Below, piece after piece: positions 37,505 to 46,414 of a DNA stretch of 64,000 nucleotides (within the stretch, counting starts at the first letter, position 1; every line of letters begins with the position of its first letter). Source of the DNA: Deltaproteobacteria bacterium (lineage in GTDB: Bacteria > Myxococcota > Kuafuiibacteriia > Kuafuiibacteriales > Kuafuiibacteriaceae); the NCBI GenBank assembly GCA_040218735.1, contig JAVJQW010000012.1:224001-288000 (forward strand), written 5' to 3'. Made by a program: the position numbers and the translations under genes. The notes under the pieces were generated by a model. That model had not been told where the DNA came from and did no database searches. It saw only the letters and a program-made list of their open reading frames with translations.

Positions 37505-38188
37505 TCACACCGACTTCAGGCGTCGCCCCGGAACCTCTTCGACGAGGATCGGCCCCGCGTCGCGCCACCCCTTCCGCAGGAGCCACACGCGGGGCGGCCC
37601 CCCGATGCGGACCTCCTTCGTCGTGCGCGCTCCGGCGTTCTCGAACCCGTCGAACCACCGCGCCGACGAGTAGGGATCGATCCACCGCTTGGGCAACGTA
37701 TGGCCACCCTGCGCGGCGTGTTTGCGAGCGTTCAGCAGCACGTACGCAATCGCGTGCCGCGCCTCGCGCGGCGAGCGAAGTACATGCGCGTGATACCGGT
37801 CCGAGAAGACCTGCCCCCGTCGCTTCAACGCGGTGTTCAGGCGCCGCGCCAGCCGGACCTGGAGCCCCTTCATCGCCCGCATCAGCGACCGTCGGTCCCG
37901 CGGCTCCACGAGCAGGTGGAGGTGATTCTTCTGCACGGAGAAGTGCACGAGGCGGCACTCGAAGCGTTCTGCGCCGTCCCGTAGCGCCTGTTTGATCGGC
38001 TGAAAGCGTCGCTTGCTTCGCAGGTTCCCAACGGCCCGCGAGACCCGGAGCGTCACGTGAACGGGTGCGTTCTTGGGGATCGACGCGCGCCGACGATGCT
38101 CGACGTTCCGCCGACCTTTGCCCTTCTTCCGGCCAGCGTTCTTCCGAGCACCGCCGTGCCGGAAAGGGAATCTGAGAACCTCCTGCAC
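37505..38188 (-). mobile_element. HUH/Y1 transposase, REP-associated tyrosine transposase (RAYT)-like
   Basis: HVTLR, SVQKNHLHLLVE (HUH), GQVFSDRYHAHVL, YVLLNARKH (catalytic Tyr), DPYSS; no tnpB next to it. Confidence 0.88.
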
Positions 38189-38845
38189 GCTTGATTAAGG
38201 CTAACAATTCTACTCCGCGACTACAAGAGCAACCTCACCGAATTCGAACGTCCAGATCTCGAAGTAGAGACACCGCTTGGCGGATGGCCGCCGCGTCGAG
38301 TTGATGAGGTGGTCGAGCTGGCATAGCGCCCGTTCCGCTTGCGGCCGGTTGCGCTCGAGGCGCAGTCCGAAGAGCGACGACCCATTCGACGCGAGCATCA
38401 CCTCGTGCAGGAGGTCTGACGCGATGCAACCTGACGGCCCTCGGTCTCGACCGCGCCGCAGTCGGCTAACCCCCAGACGTCGACACGCCGTTCCCAGAGC
38501 GATCCGCCGAACCACCCGAGAGACGCCCCTCGCCGGGTTGGCGCTCACCAACGCGGCGTCCCCGCCGCGAAGATCCAGAGCGTGCGCCCGGACGTCCCCG
38601 TCGCGTCGCACCAGCGCCATCCTCCGAACACATCCACGTCTCGAGCGTCACGTGCGACCGCCCGGACGCGCTCGTGTGCGCCACCGAGTTCAGACACCGA
38701 GACGCCAACTACGGGCGATTCTTTCGAGCGAGCTCTGCGCCGCAAAGCTCGCGCGCCAGCGACCACTCGGAGCACAAGTCCACGACCGAAAAACGGCACG
38801 ACGTCCACGCGGGTCGGTGCACCACCGCCTCCGCACGCCGCTCGG

Positions 38846-39433
38846 CCTCACGTTTCGGCGCACGGCCCCTGCCCCGAACCTCTCCCGCTCCCAAGCCAGC
38901 GATCCGAAGCGCACCGTTCAGGCTCCCGTCGACCGCCGGAGCTCCTCTGGAGATTGAAGTGTGGTGAGCCTGGTGACCGGGCAGCTGCGGACGCTCTGCC
39001 ACCAGAGAAGGAGCTACAGCCTCACACAGGCACACGCCGGAACACGTGCTCCACGTTCACGCCCTCCCGCTCCGAGACCCAAGCGCCGCGACACGATCGA
39101 CGCGCCCAACCCGACCAATGCCAGCTCAGGCATCAGAACCGCCCTCACGTTTCGGGGCACGGCCTCCGCCCCGAACCTCTCCCGCTCCCCAGCCAGCGAT
39201 CCGAAGCGCACCGTCCAGGCTCCCACCGCCCGCCGGCGCTGCTCTGTGTATCGAAGCGTGGCGAATCGGGCGTCCGCATTTGCTGACGCGCTGCCACCGG
39301 AGATGGAGCTACCCCCTCACGCAAGGCACGCGCCGAAACACGTCCTCCACGTTCACGCCCTCCGCCTCCCGGAGCCCAAGCGCCTCGAACCGATCGACCT
39401 GCTCCACCCCAACCGACGCCAGCTCAGGCATCA
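38846..39433. repeat. Diverged tandem duplication (two units, period about 297 bp) including the 3' end of the LarA-family gene
   Basis: Units start CCTCACGTTTCGG at 38846 and 39143 and end CCAGCTCAGGCATCA at 39135 and 39433. Confidence 0.85.
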
Positions 39434-40355
39434 ACGGCGCCCCGACGACCACGATCCGCGCGAGCTCCAGCGCCCTAACCAACACGTAGGCCCGCTGCTC
39501 CCCGCCCGAGATCACGCGCTCCTGCGCCCGAAGCTCCTCCACCAAGACGTCCCGACCCCGCCGAAGCGCCCGCGCGAAGGCCACCTCCCCGGCCCCGCGT
39601 CCGATCCCCTCTTCGCACCCAGCCTCCACCACGAGCATTCCCCCCGCGGCGACCGCCGGGCGCGGATGCAGCGCAACGTAGGTTGCGGCCCGGGAGGCCT
39701 GGTAGAAACTCTTCGCCTTCGCGCCGGGCACCGTCATCCGCAGCCACGGCTTCGGCGCGTCCCAGCGTTCGAAGCAAACCTCGCCCGCCAACGCCGCCGC
39801 CCGCGCGAACGTCTCGCGCACCGGCCCGAAGAACTCCACCGCCGGATCGCCCGGCACCACCTGCAACGCCCACACGTCCTCGAGGGCAGCCGCCCGCGAC
39901 CACAGCATCGCCTGAAACGGGTTGTCCTCCACGCGCCCGATCGCCACCCTCGAGTCCGCCACCGACCACAGTCCGTGAGACTGAGCGATCGCCGCCGCGC
40001 TCGCGCACCCGATCGATACGGTCTTGATGCCGCCCGAGAACCCCGCGTACTGGTGCGGCTCGACGAGCCCCACGCAGATCACCGCGTCGGCGGACGTGAC
40101 GTGCTCCGAGATCGTCGCCGAGGTCGCCGCGTCGTGCTGCACCACGGGCACCCCGCGGGACGCCGCGACGAGCGGTCGAAGCTCCCCATCCGTCATCGGC
40201 CGGTGCAGCCCCAGCGCCACCACGATCCGCGGCCGCGCTTCGACCCCGATCAAGCCATCGAGCAGAGGACCGAGCCGCGCGTAGTCGAACGGACGCGTCG
40301 CGTCGGGGACCACGACGGCGACGGATCTGTTCGCGTAGCGGTCCAGGCCTTTCAC
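39309..40355 (-). CDS. LarA-family (nickel-pincer) racemase/epimerase-like protein, DUF2088
   Basis: GTG 40355 overlaps the scramblase stop; VPDATRP, ALGLHRPMT, EPHQYAGFSGGIK, NPF, YQA, CEEGIG. Confidence 0.82.
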   Translation of the reverse strand: MKGLDRYANRSVAVVVPDATRPFDYARLGPLLDGLIGVEARPRIVVALGLHRPMTDGELRPLVAASRGVPVVQHDAATSATISEHVTSADAVICVGLVEPHQYAGFSGGIKTVSIGCASAAAIAQSHGLWSVADSRVAIGRVEDNPFQAMLWSRAAALEDVWALQVVPGDPAVEFFGPVRETFARAAALAGEVCFERWDAPKPWLRMTVPGAKAKSFYQASRAATYVALHPRPAVAAGGMLVVEAGCEEGIGRGAGEVAFARALRRGRDVLVEELRAQERVISGGEQRAYVLVRALELARIVVVGAPLMPELASVGVEQVDRFEALGLREAEGVNVEDVFRRVPCVRG

Positions 40356-40987
40356 TGCTTGCGGCGTTCGAAGTGCACGATGTCGATCAGCGCGACACCG
40401 GCCACCACCAGCGCCTTGAGGTTCGGATCCGAGATGCCGTGCAGGTCGACCGAGTAGTTGTCGGCGTCCGAGAACATCTCCCGCCCCAGCCCCGACCACT
40501 TCTTCTTCACCGCGCCGAGCACCGCGCCCTCCGGGGACTGCACCTCGAACGTCCACGGCCGGAAGAACGCGCCGAAGAACCTCGCGATGACCCTCCCGGA
40601 GGCGTCCTCGATGGCGTAGATCCGGCGGACCCAGCTCCACTCGCGGACGATGCGACCGATCCGGTTGTCGTCGCCGTCCGTGATCGTCAGCTCGTGGAAC
40701 ATGAACTTCCACGGCCGGTCGAGGCGCAGGACCTCCTCGCCGTCGGCCGCCACCAGCGACATCGTGAACGGACGGGTCGGTCCGAGGAGCATCCGGTAGA
40801 GGAACTCCTTGGCCCCCGCGCCGGTCTCCCGGAAGTCGAAGGCGGGCTGTCCGGCCTCGTCGAGGACCTCGTACGCATTCTTCAGCTCCGCCGAGAACAA
40901 CACCTCGAACCACTTGCGCTGCTGGCGGACGAAGAGCTGGTCGACCGACTGAAAGCGGGACCTGACGAGGGCGGTCGACTCGGACAC
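40352..40987 (-). CDS. Phospholipid scramblase / LURP-one-related protein
   Basis: LFVRQQRK, RPFTM, IGRIVREWSW, KKWSGLGREMFSDADNY, LIDIVHFE. Confidence 0.85.
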   Translation of the reverse strand: MSESTALVRSRFQSVDQLFVRQQRKWFEVLFSAELKNAYEVLDEAGQPAFDFRETGAGAKEFLYRMLLGPTRPFTMSLVAADGEEVLRLDRPWKFMFHELTITDGDDNRIGRIVREWSWVRRIYAIEDASGRVIARFFGAFFRPWTFEVQSPEGAVLGAVKKKWSGLGREMFSDADNYSVDLHGISDPNLKALVVAGVALIDIVHFERRKQ

Positions 40988-41034
40988 GGCCGTCAGCCTC
41001 CGACAAAACGCTCCGGATTCCAAGCGTTTGGGAG

Positions 41035-41063
41035 TTGACGCGAGGAAATATGCGGCCTAACGA
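41035..41063 (+). promoter_or_regulatory. Sigma70-type promoter candidate for the ABC operon
   Basis: TTGACG-17 bp-TAACGA upstream of ATG 41091. Confidence 0.35.
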
Positions 41064-41090
41064 ACCGCCGTTCGAATACGAGGTGAAGGA

Positions 41091-42020
41091 ATGATACGCA
41101 CCGACTCGCTCACCAAGTTCTACGGTCGTCGATGCGCGGTGAAGGACCTCACGGTTTCGATCGCCGAGCACGAAATCGTCGGGTTCCTCGGACTCAACGG
41201 CGCCGGAAAGACGACCACCCTGAGGATGCTCGCCGGCCTCCTCGCACCGTCCTCCGGACGGATCGAGATCAACGGCCGCGACGTCGCCGCCGACTCCGCC
41301 GAGCACCGCTGGCAAATCGGGTTCCTCCCCGAACGTCCGCCGCTCTACGACGACATGACCGTCCGCGGCTTCCTCGACTTCGCGGCGCGCCTGCGTGGCT
41401 ACGACGACGCCGCGGTCGATCGCCGCGTCGACGAAGTCACGGAGCTGTGCGCGCTCGGCGAGTACAAGGACGAGGTCATCGCCAACCTGTCGCACGGCTA
41501 CCGCCAACGTGTCGGGATCGGCCAGGCCGTCATCCACGAGCCGGCGCTCGTCATCCTCGACGAACCGATCAGCGGCCTCGACCCCGTACAGATCGTCGAG
41601 ATGCGCTCGCTGATCCGCAACCTCAAGGAGCGCCACACCGTGCTCCTCTCCAGCCACAACCTCCCGGAGATCGGTCAGACCTGCGACCGCCTGCTCGTCA
41701 TCCAGGGCGGGGAGCTCGTGATGACCGGCTCGGAGGCGGACCTCGCCGTCGGCGAGGGCGGGCGCTTCCGCGTCGAGGTGTCGGGCTCGAAGGCCGACGT
41801 CGACGCCGCGTTCGAGAAGATCACCAAGGGCGGCCTCCTCGACGAGGTGCGCGTGGAAGGCGAGGGCCCGTTCCACTGCGTCGTTCGAATCAAACAAGGC
41901 GAACCGGAGGAGCTGTCCCGCGCGCTCGTCGAGGCGGGCCTCGGCCTGCGCCGGATGCAACCCGCCGCGGCGGAGCTGGAGTCGTTGTTCATGAAGCTGA
42001 CGAAGGGAGGTGAGGCGTGA
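41091..42020 (+). CDS. ABC transporter ATP-binding protein (GldA-like)
   Basis: GLNGAGKTT, LSHGYRQRVG, ILDEP, SSH. Confidence 0.95.
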   Translation: MIRTDSLTKFYGRRCAVKDLTVSIAEHEIVGFLGLNGAGKTTTLRMLAGLLAPSSGRIEINGRDVAADSAEHRWQIGFLPERPPLYDDMTVRGFLDFAARLRGYDDAAVDRRVDEVTELCALGEYKDEVIANLSHGYRQRVGIGQAVIHEPALVILDEPISGLDPVQIVEMRSLIRNLKERHTVLLSSHNLPEIGQTCDRLLVIQGGELVMTGSEADLAVGEGGRFRVEVSGSKADVDAAFEKITKGGLLDEVRVEGEGPFHCVVRIKQGEPEELSRALVEAGLGLRRMQPAAAELESLFMKLTKGGEA

Positions 42021-42769
42021 GCGCTCGTAAACCGTCGGCCGTCTCGGGCATCACGCTGATCGTGAAGCGCGAGCTCGGCCAGTACGCGACCACCTGGATC
42101 GGGTACGTCATCATGGCCGCGCTGCTGTTGGTGTGTGGCCTGCTCTACAACGCGTTCGCGCTGGGCAGCTCGCCGAAGTACTCGGCCGACGTCCTGTCGG
42201 ACTACTTCTTCTTCACGAGCGGCTGCACGATCGTGGTGGGGCTGCTGCTATCGATGCGCCTCGTCGCGGAGGAACGCGACCGCGGCACGCTCCCGCTGCT
42301 CGCGACGTCGTACCTGTCGGACGGGCAGCTCGTCGTCGCGAAGTTCCTCTCGGCGTTCTCCGCGCTGAGCGTGTGGCTCGTGTTCACGCTGTACATGCCG
42401 GCGATGATCTTCATCAACGGCAAGGTCTCCGTCGGGCACATCTTCGCCGGCTACCTCGGGCTGCTGTTGCTCGGTGCGGTGTCGGTGTCGATCGGACTGT
42501 TCGGGTCGAGCCTGGTGAAGTCGCAGTTCGCGGCGTTTGTCATCGGCGCGGTCATCACGGTGGTGTTCCTGCTGCTGTGGATGACGTCGCGGGTCGTCGA
42601 CGGCGCGCTGGGTGACTTCATCAGCTACCTCGCCCTGCACGACAAACACTTCCGGCCGTTCATGGACGGCACGGTCACGACGTCGGCGGTGGTCTTCTAC
42701 CTCTCGCTGACGTTCTTCTTCCTGACGCTCTCCCGCAACGCGCTCGAAGGAAGGCGGTGGCGCCCGTGA
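42017..42769 (+). CDS. ABC-2 type permease (GldF-like)
   Basis: KREL, MRLVAEERDRGTL, AKF, six TM helices; GTGA overlap. Confidence 0.9.
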   Translation: MSARKPSAVSGITLIVKRELGQYATTWIGYVIMAALLLVCGLLYNAFALGSSPKYSADVLSDYFFFTSGCTIVVGLLLSMRLVAEERDRGTLPLLATSYLSDGQLVVAKFLSAFSALSVWLVFTLYMPAMIFINGKVSVGHIFAGYLGLLLLGAVSVSIGLFGSSLVKSQFAAFVIGAVITVVFLLLWMTSRVVDGALGDFISYLALHDKHFRPFMDGTVTTSAVVFYLSLTFFFLTLSRNALEGRRWRP

Positions 42770-44598
42770 ACGACAAGCGGATCCATCAGCTGTGGCCCTC
42801 GTGGGCCATCCTCGTCGGCTGTGTGCTGCTCTACGTCGGCGAGCGGGTCTTCGACACAAACGAGACGATGCGCATGGCGCTCGGTATCTCGGGCGTCGTC
42901 CTCGTGCTCGCGGCCGTCGTCGTACGCGTCAACGAGATGCTCGCGGCGAGCCCCGACAAGAAACCCGTCGCGCAGCGCATCCTCTTCGCGACCCTCGGCG
43001 TCGCCGCGGCGCTCGCGCTGTACGGGATGATCGCGTTTGTCTTCGACGGCGACGACGACGCGGCCAAACGTACGCGCGGCACGCTGTGGGGCCTGTGGCC
43101 GACGCTGCTCGTCGTGTCGGCCTCGCCGCTCATCGCGCTCGAAGTCGCGGTCGCGTCCGTCGCGTTCAACCCGCGGTACGAGCTGACGCGCGTTCGCAAC
43201 GCGTTCTCGCGCGGTCTCTCGCTCGGGCTGTTCCTCGGGGCGCTCGTGTTCGCGAACTACATCGCAAACGAGAAGAACGAGAAGTACGAGCTGTCCGCCG
43301 AGAACACCACGCGGGCGTCGACGCAGACGCAGCAGGCGGTACGAGACCTCACCAAAGAGGTCCGTGTGGTCTTGTTCTACGCGCGCGCCAACGAGGTCGC
43401 GGAGACGCTGGACCGGTACTTCGAGCCGCTCGCGGCGTCGAACCCGAACCTGAAGATCGAGCGCGTCGATCACGCCCTCGCGGGAGAGCTCGCGAAGGAG
43501 ACCGGCGTGACCGAGAACGGCTACGTCGCGCTGATCGGGGACGGCTCGAAGGACAAGATTCGCGTGGGGACGAAGGCCCGCAGCGCGCGCTCGGCGCTGC
43601 GGCGGTTCGACGAGAACTTCCTCAAGGCGCTCGTGAAGGTCACGACGCAGAAGCGCATCGCGTACATCGTGACCGGTCACGGCGAGCGGGCGACGAAGAC
43701 CGCGGACAAGGAAGACAAACGCGCCACGATGAAGTCGCTGAAGCGGCAGCTCGAGGCGTGGCAGTTCACGGTGAAGACACTCGGCGTCGCGGACGGGCTC
43801 GGGGCCGAGATGCCGAAGGACGACGGCATCATCTTCATCTTCGGGCCGGACAAGGAGCTGCTGGAGTCCGAGGCGCAGACGCTCGTGAAGGGCACGGCGA
43901 AGGGCGCACGTATCTTCATCACGCTGGACGGCGACGCGGACAGCGCGAAGCTCGACGCGCTCCTCAACCCGCTCGGCGTGAAGTTCGACAACACACGCCT
44001 CGCGAACGAGCGCGTCTACGCGCGGCTGACGCGCACGGACGCAGACGTCGAGAACCTCGTGTCGAACAAGTACAGCTCCCACGCTTCGGTCACGACGATG
44101 ACGCGCAACGCGCGCGAGCTGCCGACGCTGCTGTCGACGGTCGGTTCGTTGTCGCAGGTCGAGGAAGGGAAGCTGGAGCGCGTGAAGACGGACCTCGTCC
44201 TCAAGGCGATGGACGACACGTTCCAGGACAACAACGGCAACCGGAAGCTCGACGAGGGTGAGAAGAAGGACCGCTTCGGGATCGCCGCGGCGATCACGCG
44301 CACGTCGACCACAGGCAAGAAGGACGACGAGGCGCGGATCTTCGTGCTCGCGGACAGCGACGTGGTGGCGGACGACCTGCTGAAGGTCGCGCAGGGCAAC
44401 ATCTATCTCTTCCGTGACGCGGTGGCGTGGCTGCAGCGTTCGGTCGATCCGGTGGTGCCCACGGTGACGGAGAAGGACGTGAAGATCGTGCACAAGAAGG
44501 AGGACGACTCGCTGTTGTTCCTCGGCACGACGTTCCTCGTACCCGCGGCGGTGATGCTGCTCGGGTACTTCGGGACGCGACGGAGGCGTCGGTCATGA
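42766..44598 (+). CDS. GldG-like ABC auxiliary component
   Basis: N-terminal TMs, YIVTGHGE, GPDK, VLADSD, GN..LF.DAVAWL, C-terminal TM plus RRRRR. Confidence 0.85.
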   Translation: MNDKRIHQLWPSWAILVGCVLLYVGERVFDTNETMRMALGISGVVLVLAAVVVRVNEMLAASPDKKPVAQRILFATLGVAAALALYGMIAFVFDGDDDAAKRTRGTLWGLWPTLLVVSASPLIALEVAVASVAFNPRYELTRVRNAFSRGLSLGLFLGALVFANYIANEKNEKYELSAENTTRASTQTQQAVRDLTKEVRVVLFYARANEVAETLDRYFEPLAASNPNLKIERVDHALAGELAKETGVTENGYVALIGDGSKDKIRVGTKARSARSALRRFDENFLKALVKVTTQKRIAYIVTGHGERATKTADKEDKRATMKSLKRQLEAWQFTVKTLGVADGLGAEMPKDDGIIFIFGPDKELLESEAQTLVKGTAKGARIFITLDGDADSAKLDALLNPLGVKFDNTRLANERVYARLTRTDADVENLVSNKYSSHASVTTMTRNARELPTLLSTVGSLSQVEEGKLERVKTDLVLKAMDDTFQDNNGNRKLDEGEKKDRFGIAAAITRTSTTGKKDDEARIFVLADSDVVADDLLKVAQGNIYLFRDAVAWLQRSVDPVVPTVTEKDVKIVHKKEDDSLLFLGTTFLVPAAVMLLGYFGTRRRRRS

Positions 44599-45545
44599 GT
44601 GAAGTGAAGGTCTACGCAGTGCTCCTCGTGGGGCTGATGATCGGCGCGTACCTCACGTGGACGGACGAGGACGACAAGGCCACCACGGACAAGGTGACGA
44701 TCGTGGATGCGAAGGTCGAGCAGATCGAGCGCATCCAGTACTTCACGAAGACGCAGACGATCGCGATCGGGTTCAAGGACCTCGGCGGCGAGCGGACCCC
44801 GTGGTTCGAGATGGACTCGCGTTCGAAGCCACGCGCGTTCGTCGGCAACGAGAAGACGAAGGATCTCCTCGAGCCGTTCGCGCCCTTCGAGGCGCTGCGC
44901 ACGCTCGGCAAGCAGCTGTCGGAGGACGAGCTGAAGACGACGGAGCTGGACGGCACGAAGAAGAAGCTGATCCTGACGATCGCCGGCAAGGACCGCACGT
45001 TCGACATCGGCGGTCGCACCAGCGGCGCGCGTGATCACTACGTCCGCGCGACCGGGGGCGACGAGGTCTACCTGGTCGGCTCCAAGGTGCTCGGCGACCT
45101 CGAGTACCCCGAGGGCAAGTTCATGCAGCGCAAGCTGCGCGTCGCCGACAAGAAGGAGGTCGACAAGGTCGTGGTCGCCGCCAACGGCAAGACCGCGACG
45201 GCGTTCCAGAAGAACAAACTCTCCCCGCGGGATGCGTTCTGGGCGCGCGAAGGCTCCGAGGACAAGGACGAGACGCTCGGTAACTTCCTCGACAAGCTCG
45301 ACAAGCTGTCGGCCATCGAATACCCGGCGGACGCGGACGAGAAGTTCGAAGCCGCGCAGACGGTGCTCGAAGCGAGCTGGTACGGCGAGGACGGCAAGGA
45401 GCTGGGACGCGTGAAGATCGCGCGCGACGGCGAAGGCAAGAAGGCCGACTTCTACGCGCTGTCGACCGCGACGAAGAAGCCGGTGAAGGTCTCCCGGTTC
45501 ACCGCGGAGCAGCTCGAGACGAGCCTCGCCGCGGTCCTCCAGTAG
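44595..45545 (+). CDS. DUF4340-like periplasmic protein
   Basis: ATG 44595 (ATGA overlap), N-terminal anchor, IGG...YVR...VYLV; usual fourth gene of this operon type. Confidence 0.75.
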   Translation: MSEVKVYAVLLVGLMIGAYLTWTDEDDKATTDKVTIVDAKVEQIERIQYFTKTQTIAIGFKDLGGERTPWFEMDSRSKPRAFVGNEKTKDLLEPFAPFEALRTLGKQLSEDELKTTELDGTKKKLILTIAGKDRTFDIGGRTSGARDHYVRATGGDEVYLVGSKVLGDLEYPEGKFMQRKLRVADKKEVDKVVVAANGKTATAFQKNKLSPRDAFWAREGSEDKDETLGNFLDKLDKLSAIEYPADADEKFEAAQTVLEASWYGEDGKELGRVKIARDGEGKKADFYALSTATKKPVKVSRFTAEQLETSLAAVLQ

Positions 45546-45551
45546 ACCCCG

Positions 45552-46367
45552 TCACTCCTCCTCGTCGGGGAACGGCCCCAGATCGATCTTGATGGCGCGC
45601 GTCGCGATGTGCGTCGGCAGGTGTTTGTCGATCGCGTCCTTCTTGTCACGCCCGTAGTCCTCGAACATATGCGTCAAGGACAGCCCGGCCGCGAGCTGGC
45701 CGCCGATCTGGTCTTCGAGCGAGTGCGCGTACACCAGCGGCTCGTTCTTTTCGGTGTATCGCTTCTTCTCTTCCTCGCTGAGGTCGTCGGGCTCCGAGAA
45801 GGGCATCGCGTACTTCAGCGTGGTCACGCCCTCTTCCGCGGCGTCCGGATCCACGAGGAGGGCGACCGGGTTCGTGAAGCCCGCGAGGAGGAGGCCGTCC
45901 GGGGCGAGCACCCGCGCGACCTCGCGCCACACCGGGAGCACCACCGGCGAGAAGCAGTTCGAGACCGGGTGGAACACGAGGTCGAACGTCTCGTCGGGGA
46001 AGGCCGACAGATCCGCCATGTCGCCTTGGACCGTGTCGATCTCGAAGCCGTCGCGCTCCGCCACCATCTGGTCGCGTTCGAGCTGTTTCTCCGACGCATC
46101 GAACACGGTCACGTCGGCGCCGACCGCGGAGAAGATCGGACCCTGCTGACCACCGCCGGACGCGAGCGCGAGGATCCGCACGCCGCTCATGTCCGGCGGG
46201 AACCACTCGCGAGGGACCGGGATGTTCGGCGTGAGGACCACCGACCAGTCGCCCTCACGCGCCCGGTTGATCTCCTCCGTGGACACCGGGAGCGTCCACT
46301 CGTTGCCGTCCTCGACCTGCTGATCCCAGGCCTGCTGGTTGTACCGTCGCGCGTCGTCGTCGGACAT
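45552..46367 (-). CDS. Class I SAM-dependent methyltransferase
   Basis: LALASGGGQQGP, DASEKQL, GDMADLS, FDLVFHPVSNCF, GFTNP. Confidence 0.9.
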   Translation of the reverse strand: MSDDDARRYNQQAWDQQVEDGNEWTLPVSTEEINRAREGDWSVVLTPNIPVPREWFPPDMSGVRILALASGGGQQGPIFSAVGADVTVFDASEKQLERDQMVAERDGFEIDTVQGDMADLSAFPDETFDLVFHPVSNCFSPVVLPVWREVARVLAPDGLLLAGFTNPVALLVDPDAAEEGVTTLKYAMPFSEPDDLSEEEKKRYTEKNEPLVYAHSLEDQIGGQLAAGLSLTHMFEDYGRDKKDAIDKHLPTHIATRAIKIDLGPFPDEEE

Positions 46368-46414
46368 GCCCCTCGATCGGTCATCGCGAACACCCCGTCA
46401 AGGGCCCGGGCCTC

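Noticed and set aside
38846-39433. Possible diversity-generating retroelement TR/VR pair
   Set aside because: Differences are not restricted to adenines, include indels, and no reverse transcriptase is present in the window
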